Positions 53,576 to 63,727 of a stretch of 64,000 bases of DNA are shown here, piece by piece. The translations under genes were made by a program, and so were the position numbers. The DNA is taken from assembly GCA_051439605.1 (NCBI GenBank), contig JBFRWN010000015.1, positions 1 through 64,000 of the forward strand. The letters are read 5' to 3'. The notes below the pieces were generated by a model. The model was not told the DNA's origin. It ran no database searches and saw only the letters and a list, made by a program, of their open reading frames with translations. The DNA is from Synechococcus sp. (GTDB lineage Bacteria > Cyanobacteriota > Cyanobacteriia > Thermostichales > PCC-7336). Position 1 is the stretch's first letter; every line of letters begins with the position of its first letter.

Positions 53576-54733
53576 TTAGTGCGATAGCGATTTGGAGCCA
53601 GCGGCAACAGTTGCGATCGCCTCTAGCAAATGGCCAATTTCCTCTTCCGTAGTGAAATAGTGGATAGAAGCCCGGAGCGATTCAGGGTCTTGCATCGATC
53701 GCACGTAGATACCTTGCTGCTCCAGACATAGCTCCAGCTCCACGGGATCCCGATCGACCACAGTAAACGGTACCAAACCTGTTTGGGGCAAGTGAAGGTT
53801 ACAAACCTCTACTCCAGCAATCGTCTGCAGTTGTTGCCATAGTAACTGAGCCAGACGTATCTGCCGTTGATAGCGATCTTCAAGTTTACCGAATTGGTCA
53901 TGCATCTCTAATGCCGCCTTAAATCCCATTCTTAAGGGGTAGGCTGCGGTGGAAACTTCAAATGCATCTGCCCCCTTGCCATAGGTTTTGCACCATCCAG
54001 TGAAGGTGGGGCGGATGGCAGCCTGCCCGCGTTTCGATAAATAAAGTGCCCCTACCCCCGCAGGACCGCACAGCCATTTGTGCCCCGTAAAAGCATAAAA
54101 GTCGACTCCAAGCTCTCTCAGGTTGAGAGGAAGCACCCCAGCGGATTGAGCCGCATCCACATGTAGCAATAGCCCACGATCTTGGCAGAGTGCCGCCAGG
54201 TCTTTCAGAGGCAAAATCGTCCCAGAGTTCCACAGCACGTGGCTGATACAAACCATGCGCGTGTTGGGGCGCAGATAGTCCGCCAAGGTCTGAACGCAAT
54301 TGTCACCTTGACTGAGGGGACAAGTATCTAACTCGATGCCAAACCGGTGCCTGAGTTCTCGCGCAATTTCCCATACACCATAATGCTCGGCATCTGAGAG
54401 CAGCAGGCGATCGCCCGCCTGCCAATCCAGCCCCCATAAAGGAATATTCATGCCCGCAATTGTGCTCTCTGTGAGAGCTATACAATCGGGGGTGGTTCCA
54501 AGATACTTGGCCATTGCTAGACGCAGGCTATCTTGCTCGGACATCAGCCAGTTGAAGGCGGCTTTTGAAAATGGCCCCAGTTTGCTACAGATGTCGTAGG
54601 CATTGAAGATAGCCTCTCGAGCTGGCTGGGCTAGAGGCCCCTGACCACCGAAATTGAGATAGGTTTTCCCTGCCAAAGCAGGAAACTGGCTGCGATGAGT
54701 TGCCAGAGAGGCATAAGGTGAGGTGGAATTCAT
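53576..54733 (-). CDS. Class V PLP enzyme, L-cysteine/cystine C-S lyase-like
   Basis: YLNFGGQG, SHVLWNSG, DAAQS, TGHKW. Confidence 0.88.
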   Translation of the reverse strand: MNSTSPYASLATHRSQFPALAGKTYLNFGGQGPLAQPAREAIFNAYDICSKLGPFSKAAFNWLMSEQDSLRLAMAKYLGTTPDCIALTESTIAGMNIPLWGLDWQAGDRLLLSDAEHYGVWEIARELRHRFGIELDTCPLSQGDNCVQTLADYLRPNTRMVCISHVLWNSGTILPLKDLAALCQDRGLLLHVDAAQSAGVLPLNLRELGVDFYAFTGHKWLCGPAGVGALYLSKRGQAAIRPTFTGWCKTYGKGADAFEVSTAAYPLRMGFKAALEMHDQFGKLEDRYQRQIRLAQLLWQQLQTIAGVEVCNLHLPQTGLVPFTVVDRDPVELELCLEQQGIYVRSMQDPESLRASIHYFTTEEEIGHLLEAIATVAAGSKSLSH

Positions 54734-54969
54734 GCAAACGTTATGGAAAGTAGATCGAGCACGAACCCATTGCTCGAAGATGATCTTCAGATAGTTCAGC
54801 TAGATATGGCACCTTAACCTTTCACCTAGACAGTGGATCTATGCCCTCGAAAAGCCATCAGCGGTCAAAGGGCCACAATCGAGCGAGCTGGATTTCTATC
54901 CTATTCAGAAATTGAGCAAGAACGCACCATCGTGCTCCGATAGAAACCCTTCAGGGCAGTCCGTAGAGT

Positions 54970-55329
54970 TTAGAACTCTTCGTTGAATCCATCACCACCG
55001 GACTGTTGCTCTTTGCGAGAGCCCAATAGTTCTAAGCGGTCGACCCGAATAACTGGCTTTTGGCGATCATCCCCGGTATTGCGATCTTTCCAGCGATCGA
55101 ACTTTAAAGAGCCTGTGATACCGAATAAATTGCCTTTGCGTATATAGTCACCAGCAACCTCAGCAGTGCGCCCCCACATCTCCAATTCAAACCAGTCGGG
55201 CTTATCATCGCGCTTGCTGCGGCGGTTCACCGCCATCGATACATTACAAACAACGTTGCCTGACTCGAAATACCGCAGCTCGGGATCTCTGCCAGCACGT
55301 CCAACTAAAGTCACAACATTTAAGCTCAT
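54970..55329 (-). CDS. ssb: Single-stranded DNA-binding protein
   Basis: NVVTLVGRAGRDPELRYF and acidic C-terminus. Confidence 0.96.
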   Translation of the reverse strand: MSLNVVTLVGRAGRDPELRYFESGNVVCNVSMAVNRRSKRDDKPDWFELEMWGRTAEVAGDYIRKGNLFGITGSLKFDRWKDRNTGDDRQKPVIRVDRLELLGSRKEQQSGGDGFNEEF

Positions 55330-55536
55330 GGCATAGTTCCTTCAACGACTCAGAGTCCGCCAGATAAAAATTGATTGACCAGCCCGAGATAGACTTGCAC
55401 GATCGCAACGCTATTCGGGCTTAAATCGCCATCAAAATCAAACTAGCTAAGTACTAGAGCATACTGTAGCTCAGCGAAATCCATAGCAGGACAGTGTGAT
55501 TGACTAAATTTATTCACCTCTTTTCAGACCAACGCG

Positions 55537-56358
55537 ATGCATGGCTTTATCCCCCCCCACCGTTATCTCCCCTACCTAACCTGGACAGACATTCGCGACA
55601 TTCCCCACAAGCAGGATGTAGTCATCCTGCAACCCATTGGCGCCATCGAACAACACGGTCCCCATCTGCCCCTGATTGTCGATAGCGCGATCGCGACGGC
55701 AGTGATAGGAAAAGCCCTAGAACGTTTAGGTGACGAGATTCCGGCGTATTCCTTACCACCGCTGTATTACGGCAAATCCAACGAACACTGGCATTTTCCC
55801 GGCACAATTACCTTAAGTGCCACCACACTTCTGCAAACAGTCTCCGAGCTTGCAGAAAGCCTCTTTCGAGCAGGATTTCGCAAACTAGTTTTGGTCAACG
55901 GACATGGGGGGCACCCTCAGGTGTTAGAAATCGCTGCTCGGGATATTCACCAAGTCCATGCCAGCATGATGGTCTTTCCGTTGTTTGTGTGGAACGTCCC
56001 CAACGTGGCAGCAGAGCTACTGACACCGCAAGAATTAGAACTAGGTATTCACGCTGGTGATGCAGAAACCAGCTTAATGCTGGCGATTGCACCGGAGCAG
56101 GTGCAGATGGACAAAGCTCGTACAGAATATCCGCAAGGGCTCCCTCAAAACAGTCTGTTGAGCATGGAAGGTCGGTTGCCCTTTGCATGGGTCACCCGAG
56201 ATCTCAGCAGCAGTGGAACAATTGGCGATCCCACCCTTGCAACCCAAGAGAAAGGGCAAAAAATACTGGAGTCTTTAGCGGCAGGTTGGGCAAGGGCGAT
56301 CGCTGATATTTATCTGTTTCAGCAACCCCAAGCAATTGACACTGCACATGACAGATAG
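55537..56358 (+). CDS. Creatininase/amidohydrolase family protein
   Basis: EQHGPHLP, SNEH..FPGT, NGHGG, HAGDAETS. Confidence 0.92.
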   Translation: MHGFIPPHRYLPYLTWTDIRDIPHKQDVVILQPIGAIEQHGPHLPLIVDSAIATAVIGKALERLGDEIPAYSLPPLYYGKSNEHWHFPGTITLSATTLLQTVSELAESLFRAGFRKLVLVNGHGGHPQVLEIAARDIHQVHASMMVFPLFVWNVPNVAAELLTPQELELGIHAGDAETSLMLAIAPEQVQMDKARTEYPQGLPQNSLLSMEGRLPFAWVTRDLSSSGTIGDPTLATQEKGQKILESLAAGWARAIADIYLFQQPQAIDTAHDR

Positions 56359-56491
56359 CCATGGCCATTTCAATCGGGACTGCGGGTTCAGGCCCAGCAT
56401 GGGAATCGAATCAGATTGACTATCGCCGGTTTGCGTTTGTGTCGACAATTTTAAACGCGAGGCTAAGAACCACAAAAGAGCAGTGTGCGCG

Positions 56492-56524
56492 AAAAAGACC
56501 TTAGCAGTAAAAGCTAAGGTCTTT
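56492..56524 (-). terminator. Intrinsic terminator after tRNA-Pro
   Basis: AAAGACCTTAGC / GCTAAGGTCTTT stem with T tail. Confidence 0.75.
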
Positions 56525-56543
56525 AGGGGGGTATTTCGGCGAA

Positions 56544-56617
56544 TCGGAGCGGCGGGATTTGAACCCACGACCCCTACTACCCCAAAGTAGTGCGCTACCA
56601 AGCTGCGCTACGCCCCG
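56544..56617 (-). tRNA. tRNA-Pro (GGG)
   Basis: CGGGGCGTAGCGCAGCTTGGTAGCGC-CTACT-TTGGGGT-AGTAG...GTTCAAATCC...GCTCCGA forms a cloverleaf. CCA is not encoded. Confidence 0.97.
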
Positions 56618-56900
56618 GAGTCGCTTTGCTACTATAGCACCCGTTGGAAACCCTTTGACAAGAGTCTGTACAGAGATCTCCAGGGGAATAAACGCATATT
56701 GCTGCAGCGATTCCAAGGAGAAAAGCGGAACTGTACCCAGAACAAATTAAAGGCCCACGAGCAGCCCCTGGTAACTTGACGATCGCTATACTTTCGGGGA
56801 AAGGAAGCCGCTGTAAATTGTAGCAATATCAATATCCCGCCTCGAACAAAGCCTAAACAGGAAAAGCAAGTTTTCTAGCAGCAAAAGCGAGTGCTATCCC

Positions 56901-57434
56901 CTAAATAGTTGCAAGAGCAGTGCGATCGGGACAATCCCCTTCATCAAATGACATAGAAGCACATGCGGACAGAATGACTTTGCGATCGAGACCAATGAGT
57001 TGACCTAACAAGTCAGCAGGAATGAGGGACATTTCCTTTCGACCAACCAGCGCGTGAATTTGCTGTAAGAGAAGGCGAGCACGGTTGATTTCGGATTTCT
57101 CTTGCATCAGGTGCTGCAGATAGTTTGACTGGTTCAGGCGAGTTTGGAATGCCTGTTGGCGCTCTATGGGGGTTTCAGGACTACAGAGCTTGAGAGAACC
57201 AAAACCAAAGATACCCGTTACTGAGATATCGATAGTTCCCCCCAATGCACTGCCAGGGCAGATGAGCTCTGTGTAAAAACGCTTTATTAAAATGATGCCA
57301 CCACGACAATCGGACATCAGTCGGTATAATTTGCGGTTTTTGCAAAGCTCTAGCCCCAACCAAATGGGCCCTTGAGAGGAGTAAACCGCTTCCGTGTTCG
57401 AGCAAATGTTGGAAGACAATTGACCAAGCCCCAA
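56901..57434 (-). CDS. Cyanobacterial conserved hypothetical protein (Crp-like architecture)
   Basis: GGIILIKRFYTELICPGSALGG ... RARLLL ... IPADLLGQLIGL resembles a cyanobacterial family with a C-terminal Crp-type helix pair. Start uncertain. Confidence 0.55.
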   Translation of the reverse strand: MGLGQLSSNICSNTEAVYSSQGPIWLGLELCKNRKLYRLMSDCRGGIILIKRFYTELICPGSALGGTIDISVTGIFGFGSLKLCSPETPIERQQAFQTRLNQSNYLQHLMQEKSEINRARLLLQQIHALVGRKEMSLIPADLLGQLIGLDRKVILSACASMSFDEGDCPDRTALATI

Positions 57435-57613
57435 CCATTAACTTAAGCGAGTATGAAGCATCGATAGAGTAAAACACTCGGTTGGAATGCTGAAATAACT
57501 GGAGCTGAATAGGAATCCTCAGTGAATACCCCATGGCTTGTGGAATGAAATCGCAATCTCAGCTCACATCGTTCAACAATTCAAGGGCCCTACCCTTATA
57601 CCCTTAAGACACC

Positions 57614-58120
57614 TCAGCTCGTGGGAGCTCCCCACCTAACGATAAGACGAACCACTATAGGCACAACAACGATGACACCAACCATGCGGGTCAGGTGCAT
57701 CACCAATACGGTTGGACCTTGAGCTCCCATATCTAAAGCAATCAGGCTCATATCGGAAATCCCCCCGGTGCTGAGGCTAACAGGGCCGTAAGACGCTCTA
57801 GCCCCAACCAGTGAGAAATTGCTAACCCAGACGCAATACCGGTAAAAAGCGTAATGGTGGTGCAGAAGAGAGCGGGTCTCCAAAGGTCTTTCAGGCCAGC
57901 TAGAGCATCGGTAGTGATGGTGGCCCCCAACAAAATTCCCAAGCCCACTTGCAGAATAAATTTCATCCCTTGGGGGGGAGTCGGCACTTCGAATAGCTGT
58001 AAGCAATTCATGCTACCGACTGCCATCAGAGCCCCTACCAAAGCCCCAGCAGGAACTTTCAGCTTGACCGCGATCGCGCTTCCCAGCAGAGCCACTAATA
58101 GAGTCCAGATTATAGTTCAT
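57614..58120 (-). pseudogene. AbrB-family membrane protein, frameshifted
   Basis: KVPAGALVGAL, LQVGLGILLG and LLASAPGG lie in one frame. GGISDMSLIALDMGAQGPTVLVMHLTR continues in another frame. The shift is at a G run near 57761-57766, and the ATG at 58120 is also one base out of frame. Confidence 0.8.
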
Positions 58121-58360
58121 GCGATTTTGTGAGATGAGAAAAAAGTTTTCTCGAAAATGCTATCTATAGGGGTTGTGCAGAGCGCTGTAAGGCCAATTAT
58201 TTGTTTTTATGTAATTTCCAAGATTTTTTTACAGTCAACCATTAACGCTTCCGCAAAGTCCACCTGAGAGTCAGATAGAGACCATCTTCATGGGGCAAAC
58301 CCTGAGACACAATGGCAATCTTCAAGCAGCGGTAGGATCGAGGAATCGCTGATGGGCTTA

Positions 58361-59956
58361 TCAAACAGTAACGTTAAGCGGTGAAAATTTCTGACATTGC
58401 TGCACCAAGCTCACCGGATCGACTGCACCAAAACCCGATGTTTTTGCCAGGGACAGCGCAGCTTGAGCATGCCACCAAGTGGCAATACCAGCGGCAAGCT
58501 CTGGGGCAAGTGCTTGGGCCAGAAATCCTCCGATCAGCCCTGTCAAAACATCACCACTTCCACCGCGAGCCAAGGCTGAGGTGCTGCGGGGGTTCAGCCA
58601 CAGGCGATCGCCGTTGGAAATGACCGTACATGCACCCTTCAAAAGCACCGTTGCTTGGTACTCTCGTGCAGCTGAACGCACCGCTGAGAACCTGTGTTCT
58701 GGATCGATCTTGGGAAAGAGGCGGCGAAATTCCCCCACGTGGGGAGTCAGGATAGTGGGCGCAACCCGCTGCTTTACAAGTTCTAGCGAGGTCCTGGCTA
58801 AGGCATTCAGACCATCCGCATCCAACACCAGCGGTATATCCAGTTGGCAGACCTCGGCCAGCAATCCCTCTATATCCCGATCGAGGCCAGGTCCCATTGC
58901 GATCGCCGAATACCGACCCTTTTTCAAGTCAAGCCTGATTGATTCTCGCTCGATCCAGTTTGCTCGTCCCCCTAAATCTGGAATTGCAGCAATGGAACCA
59001 GTGACCGTTTCCGGGCAAGGCAAGACCAAAGCCTCCGGAACCCACTGACGCACTAACATCTGGATGCTCTCTGGCACCGCCACTGTTAGCATCCCAATCC
59101 CCGTGGGTCTTGCCCCTAATGCCGTCAATAAAGCGGCCCCCGAATATCGAGCGGATCCGCAGACCAACAGTAGGTGTCCGTGGCTGTACTTATGGGTATT
59201 GGGGTTAGGAGGATGCAGTACTGTCCCCCAGCGCAAAGGAGGTCGGTTAGCGCGCACCCAGTCCGCAGTAATACATTCTTGGACAGGAGGGGAGCCTAAG
59301 ACACTCGAAATAGCTGTCAGGGGCAACCCAAAATCAATTAGCTGGGGATCGCCAACAAACGGTAAAGCCCGATCCTGAAACAGCCCTTGCTTCCACAATC
59401 CCAAGCAGTAGGTCGTAGAAGAGCGAATAGCTACCCCTAAGACCTCACCGCTATCGGTATGGATGCCGGAAGGAACATCGATACTCACAATGGGTAGCCC
59501 AGATCCATTGGCCCACCGTGCTGTCTCTGCCCAAATCCCTGTCAGCGGTCGCTCGAGACCAAAGCCAAACAGGCCATCTAGCAATAATTGGCAATCGTGG
59601 AGTTCGGAAACCGTATCGACCCAATCCACCCCTAGCGATCGTAAATATCGTCCGTGATTATCCGTTAACGGCTTGGCGCGCTCGCCAGGCATCCATACTT
59701 TGACTCGGTAACCCGCCAGCCATAATTCTCGACCCACTACCAGAGCGTCTCCGCCATTGTGTCCTGGTCCCACCAGTAAGCCGACGCTGGGAAACTTGGC
59801 TTGTGGAAAACGCGCATGAATCTTCCCAAACAACAAGCCACCGACCTTTTCCATCAACGCTGCAACTGGCATCCCCGCAGCAAAGACAGATTGTTCGATG
59901 GCTCGCATTTGAGCAGCCGTGACCAGGAAGCGGTTGACCCTGTTCGACTTACTCAT
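58361..59956 (-). CDS. nnr: Bifunctional NAD(P)HX epimerase/dehydratase
   Basis: GPGHNGGD, DVPSG, HKYSHG, LDADGL, TPHVGEF, GGSGDVL. Confidence 0.95.
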   Translation of the reverse strand: MSKSNRVNRFLVTAAQMRAIEQSVFAAGMPVAALMEKVGGLLFGKIHARFPQAKFPSVGLLVGPGHNGGDALVVGRELWLAGYRVKVWMPGERAKPLTDNHGRYLRSLGVDWVDTVSELHDCQLLLDGLFGFGLERPLTGIWAETARWANGSGLPIVSIDVPSGIHTDSGEVLGVAIRSSTTYCLGLWKQGLFQDRALPFVGDPQLIDFGLPLTAISSVLGSPPVQECITADWVRANRPPLRWGTVLHPPNPNTHKYSHGHLLLVCGSARYSGAALLTALGARPTGIGMLTVAVPESIQMLVRQWVPEALVLPCPETVTGSIAAIPDLGGRANWIERESIRLDLKKGRYSAIAMGPGLDRDIEGLLAEVCQLDIPLVLDADGLNALARTSLELVKQRVAPTILTPHVGEFRRLFPKIDPEHRFSAVRSAAREYQATVLLKGACTVISNGDRLWLNPRSTSALARGGSGDVLTGLIGGFLAQALAPELAAGIATWWHAQAALSLAKTSGFGAVDPVSLVQQCQKFSPLNVTV

Positions 59957-60018
59957 TCAAGTTCACGGATGAAATAGCATGCATAAGCCAGCATGATTGC
60001 CAGCAAATAAAGAGAACG

Positions 60019-60495
60019 CTATCCAGCAATACCTTGGAAGTCCTGCAGGAAGCTGGGCAACGTAGCCAACACGTCTGAGTTCTCAATCAACAGATAGGCG
60101 GTGATGGCGCCACCAAATCCACCAATTAAGAAGCCAGCTGCAAAATCGCTCCAATTTTCTTTGCTACCGATAAAGCTGTCTTCATCGGTGACGTATGAGT
60201 AGATGGACAGCGCCATGGTCATCAATAGCACGATGCCGCAGGCAGACAGGAAACCTGCCAGTAAACCAATGGGCTCATTGCGCAGAGGACCCAGAATGGC
60301 AAAGGGGCCCACCAGCCAGTAGCCGTGAGCCATACCAATTTCCAAACCGCGCAGCAGAGGAGACATGCCTGGACGGTTATAGGGCAACCAGTTGATAAAA
60401 AACTTAACAGCAGGGGAATCATTGACCGGAGTCATCATGTTCCCAATTTGAGGGTCGCCGCCAGGGGCTGAAACAAGAGACTTAGACTGAGTCAT
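60019..60495 (-). CDS. psaL: Photosystem I subunit XI
   Basis: TPVNDS, RGLEIGMAHGYWLVGPF..LGPLRN, FAAGFLIGGFGG. Confidence 0.97.
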   Translation of the reverse strand: MTQSKSLVSAPGGDPQIGNMMTPVNDSPAVKFFINWLPYNRPGMSPLLRGLEIGMAHGYWLVGPFAILGPLRNEPIGLLAGFLSACGIVLLMTMALSIYSYVTDEDSFIGSKENWSDFAAGFLIGGFGGAITAYLLIENSDVLATLPSFLQDFQGIAG

Positions 60496-60605
60496 AGTAC
60501 TAAATATTTCCTGCGTATAGATTAAATCGACATCTCAATCTTTCCGATTGAAAAGCAGATGTTCGATTCGGTGGCCAAAAAACTGAAATGTACCGAAATG
60601 TAAGT

Positions 60606-60734
60606 CTAGAAAACGAGAAGGTCTGGAACAAAGCGATTGATTTCAATCAATAGACCGGCCAGCACAAGAGTCGTTAACGCTGCCAGGACTGGTGCAGTAC
60701 TGAGGTAAGTTTTTAACTTGTCGATATCTTGCAT
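60606..60734 (-). CDS. psaJ: Photosystem I subunit IX (below ORF-track cutoff)
   Basis: Translates as [42 protein letters not shown], with a GAGGA ribosome-binding site upstream. Confidence 0.96.
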   Translation of the reverse strand: MQDIDKLKTYLSTAPVLAALTTLVLAGLLIEINRFVPDLLVF

Positions 60735-60760
60735 GGTTCAAGTCCTCAAAAGAATAATTG

Positions 60761-60800
60761 TGTGGGAACAGATTGAAACATTAGGGCAAGTGTTCCCACA
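60761..60800. promoter_or_regulatory. Stem-loop between psaF and psaJ
   Basis: TGTGGGAACA ... TGTTCCCACA 10-bp inverted repeat; likely an mRNA stability or processing element. Confidence 0.45.
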
Positions 60801-60851
60801 TTAATATCGATGCTAGAAAGCAGAATTAGCTGGTCGGGACCATTAATTGAA

Positions 60852-61403
60852 TTAGCGGGGGGAAATGGGCACAGCCTTATCATCTTCGCGAATGGCACCG
60901 GAAGATATTTCGGCAAAAGCCAATGCAGGCCAAGCTACGGATTTGCTAACGGCAGCCAAAGCCATCGGCAAATCGATAATGATTTCTTTGGTGGTGGCAT
61001 CACCGCTTTCGCGTGCTGCAATCAGGTAGCTGCGACCGGCCCAGCCAATGAACCCTGCAACATAGAGAAACATCAGGCCGGGAATGATAAATTCCCCTGC
61101 ATGATTGAGGCGACCATCGGTTACGAGGTGAGGTAGACCTTCTTCGCCACAGAGCAAGGAACTGTAGCGGTCGAAGCGGGCATTCGTTTGTGCAATTTGG
61201 CTTTTAATCAGGGTTGCAGTCGTACTGCCGGGCTCGGCAGCAGACAGCTTCGCTTCTAACGCAGAGATGCGATCGCTCTGACGCTGGGTAAATGCAGGTA
61301 CGTCGCTGCAAGTGTTAAGGCCAATCAGACCTTCTGCATTCGCGACCTGGGGAACCCCCAAAAACAGCAATACTGTAAGCAGTATCGTAAAGAGTTTTGC
61401 CAT
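60852..61403 (-). CDS. psaF: Photosystem I subunit III
   Basis: Signal peptide, LLCGEEGLPHL, GEFIIPG, IGWAGRSYL, ISPR end. Confidence 0.97.
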   Translation of the reverse strand: MAKLFTILLTVLLFLGVPQVANAEGLIGLNTCSDVPAFTQRQSDRISALEAKLSAAEPGSTTATLIKSQIAQTNARFDRYSSLLCGEEGLPHLVTDGRLNHAGEFIIPGLMFLYVAGFIGWAGRSYLIAARESGDATTKEIIIDLPMALAAVSKSVAWPALAFAEISSGAIREDDKAVPISPR

Positions 61404-61496
61404 GAAATTCTTTTCCCACTGTGACGCATCAAGTTAAATTAGGCTTCCAACTGGAAGGAGCCTAACTCGCCTTGAATCATACTCCTTCACATATCG

Positions 61497-61524
61497 CCCG
61501 TAAACCAAAGTAAAACGTCTTAAA
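61497..61524 (-). promoter_or_regulatory. HLR1-like (RpaB) repeats upstream of psaF
   Basis: Three half-sites at exact 10-bp period on the minus strand (TTTAAGAC, TTTACTTT, TTTACGGG). RpaB sites are known upstream of PSI genes. Confidence 0.5.
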
Positions 61525-61531
61525 AACCCCG

Positions 61532-62608
61532 ATGGCAACTGTTCTAGCAATTGAAACAAGTTGTGACGAAACTGCGGCAGCAGTCGTTACAAATCGCAAT
61601 ATTTTGAGTTCTATTGTTGCCTCCCAAATGGACATTCACGCTCAATATGGGGGGGTGGTGCCAGAGGTAGCTTCTCGGCAGCACGTTCCGGTTTTGCAAC
61701 CGACAATCGCGGCAGCCATGACCAATTCAAGATTGGACTGGCAAGACTTAGATGCGATCGCCGTCACCTGTACCCCAGGCTTAGTAGGAGCCTTGTTGGT
61801 GGGTGTCAGCGCAGCAAAGACCTTGGCAATGCTGCATCGAAAGCCACTGATTGGGGTGCATCACCTTGAAGGACATATATTTAGTGGGTTTCTGGCACAA
61901 CCTGATTTAGAAGCCCCGCTGTTAGCACTCTTAGTGTCGGGGGGACACACCAGCTTGGTGCATGTGAAAGCAGAAGGAGAGTACGAAACCGTCGGGCAAA
62001 CCTGCGATGATGCGGCTGGGGAAGCCTTTGACAAGGTGGCCCGCATGCTGGGGTTAGGATATCCCGGTGGCCCTAAGATCGATCGATTGGCGAAACAAGG
62101 GGACCCGACTCGATTTCGATTACCGGAGGGCAAAGTCAAACATCCCTACAACACCAGCTTCAGCGGTTTAAAAACGGCAGTGCTGAGACTAGTACAAAAA
62201 CTGGAAGCTACCGGAGATGCTATACCGTCAGCGGATGTAGCAGCTAGCTTTCAAGCGACTGTAGCCAGAGTCCTGTGCAAGAAGGCGATCGCCTGCGCTC
62301 GGGACTTACAGCTCGAGACCATAGTGGTGACAGGTGGAGTAGCAGCTAACAGCGAATTGAGGCGTCAATTGCAAGCGGCCGGACAGGCCGCAGGAATTGC
62401 CATTGTTGTGCCCCCCTTGTGGCTGTGTACGGACAATGCAGCCATGATTGCCGCTGCCGCAGCTTCTCGATATCAGCAAGGATGCTATTCACCGCTGAAT
62501 TTGGGGGTGCAGTCACGCTTGAACCTCGAGGAGATTCGAACTTGCCTTTACAAACCCTGTTCCCATCGGGCACGACGAGCTGCTGATGTCTCAACCGCCT
62601 CATCCTGA
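61532..62608 (+). CDS. tsaD: tRNA threonylcarbamoyltransferase
   Basis: [39 protein letters not shown]. Confidence 0.97.
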   Translation: MATVLAIETSCDETAAAVVTNRNILSSIVASQMDIHAQYGGVVPEVASRQHVPVLQPTIAAAMTNSRLDWQDLDAIAVTCTPGLVGALLVGVSAAKTLAMLHRKPLIGVHHLEGHIFSGFLAQPDLEAPLLALLVSGGHTSLVHVKAEGEYETVGQTCDDAAGEAFDKVARMLGLGYPGGPKIDRLAKQGDPTRFRLPEGKVKHPYNTSFSGLKTAVLRLVQKLEATGDAIPSADVAASFQATVARVLCKKAIACARDLQLETIVVTGGVAANSELRRQLQAAGQAAGIAIVVPPLWLCTDNAAMIAAAAASRYQQGCYSPLNLGVQSRLNLEEIRTCLYKPCSHRARRAADVSTASS

Positions 62609-63459
62609 ACCACCCAGGTGGTGACAATCTCAATTTCTTCAGGAGACCAGGAGCCCAACTTTTCCATTGAATAACCATTGGACCGCATAAACCGCTGTGC
62701 TAGGGATTGGCTGGCTGCACGTCTGCGAGCGTGGGGCTGAGTATATTTTGGATCGATCAATAGACTGCTTTCATTGCCAGGCTCTACAACGCTCAACACC
62801 CCTGAATACGTGTCGAGGAAAGAGCTACGCGACGCTTCAAAGCCACCGTGGCAACCGACACAGCTCACATGCAACAGCGGTTGGACATCAATATCGTAAG
62901 TATATTGAGGCTCGGTTTTAAAGGAAAATTGCACTTCATCTGCAAGCGGCAGAGCAGCTTGAGGGGCCAACATCACGGTGTATTCAGTGCTGAACTGCAG
63001 CATATCTGAGGGTTGCAGTACCAGTCGATTGTCGGCAACGTTAAACTGCAAAGACAGCTCGGGCTCGATTGACAGATCCAGTTCTTCCAGATCTTCATCA
63101 AGAATTGCGTCACTAAATTCCAGCTCAATGCGACTGGTAACTGGCACGTCTACAGACTGATTGTCCGGCAGACTGGACACCAGCTCAATCGTCCGAACAG
63201 GAGGAACTGACTCCCCAGAGGGTGCATCAGCCGGACTACTACCCGCTTCAACCGGAATGGGTGGGAGCTGCTCCCCATCGCCATCAGGAATTGTTTGAGG
63301 ATAGCTATTTTGGGCGTAGAGCTTAGCAGGCTGGTGAGCGGTTAGAAACCGTGGTGAGTCCGAACCCAAACCACTCTGAGCGAATGTCCAGCTGAGAAAT
63401 AGGACTGTTAGAACGAACAGCCCCAGCCGAATCCACTTTCCATAACGAAATATTTTCAT
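62548..63459 (-). CDS. Exported Ig-like domain plus c-type cytochrome domain protein
   Basis: Signal/TM segment, Big_5-like repeat ([14 protein letters not shown]...IELEFS...STEYTV...FSFKT), single CVGCH heme motif. Confidence 0.75.
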   Translation of the reverse strand: MKIFRYGKWIRLGLFVLTVLFLSWTFAQSGLGSDSPRFLTAHQPAKLYAQNSYPQTIPDGDGEQLPPIPVEAGSSPADAPSGESVPPVRTIELVSSLPDNQSVDVPVTSRIELEFSDAILDEDLEELDLSIEPELSLQFNVADNRLVLQPSDMLQFSTEYTVMLAPQAALPLADEVQFSFKTEPQYTYDIDVQPLLHVSCVGCHGGFEASRSSFLDTYSGVLSVVEPGNESSLLIDPKYTQPHARRRAASQSLAQRFMRSNGYSMEKLGSWSPEEIEIVTTWVVQDEAVETSAARRARWEQGL

Positions 63460-63727
63460 GGCAATGAACGAATCAATCTCCGATTGGCAGGACAACTGAG
63501 ATCGCTGTATGTAGCTGTTGCCATCTCAATTAACAACCGACAGGGGTATGCCCAGTCAGGGTTCTGTATAGCTGAGATGTTCTAAGCGACTTGAGGATCG
63601 CTATAGAAGTTTCCTGACTGTGCAACCTTAGCAAATGACAATGAGTTGCCAGACGGCCAGTGCTTTTTTCAAAGACACGTGAGGCTTCTGACAACTCAAC
63701 CAATGGGGTCAGGACAACCAGTGCCGC

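Noticed and set aside
56544..56617. tRNA-Pro as an integration site for a genomic island
   Set aside because: No integrase nearby, no duplicated tRNA 3' end noticed, and the downstream genes are housekeeping.
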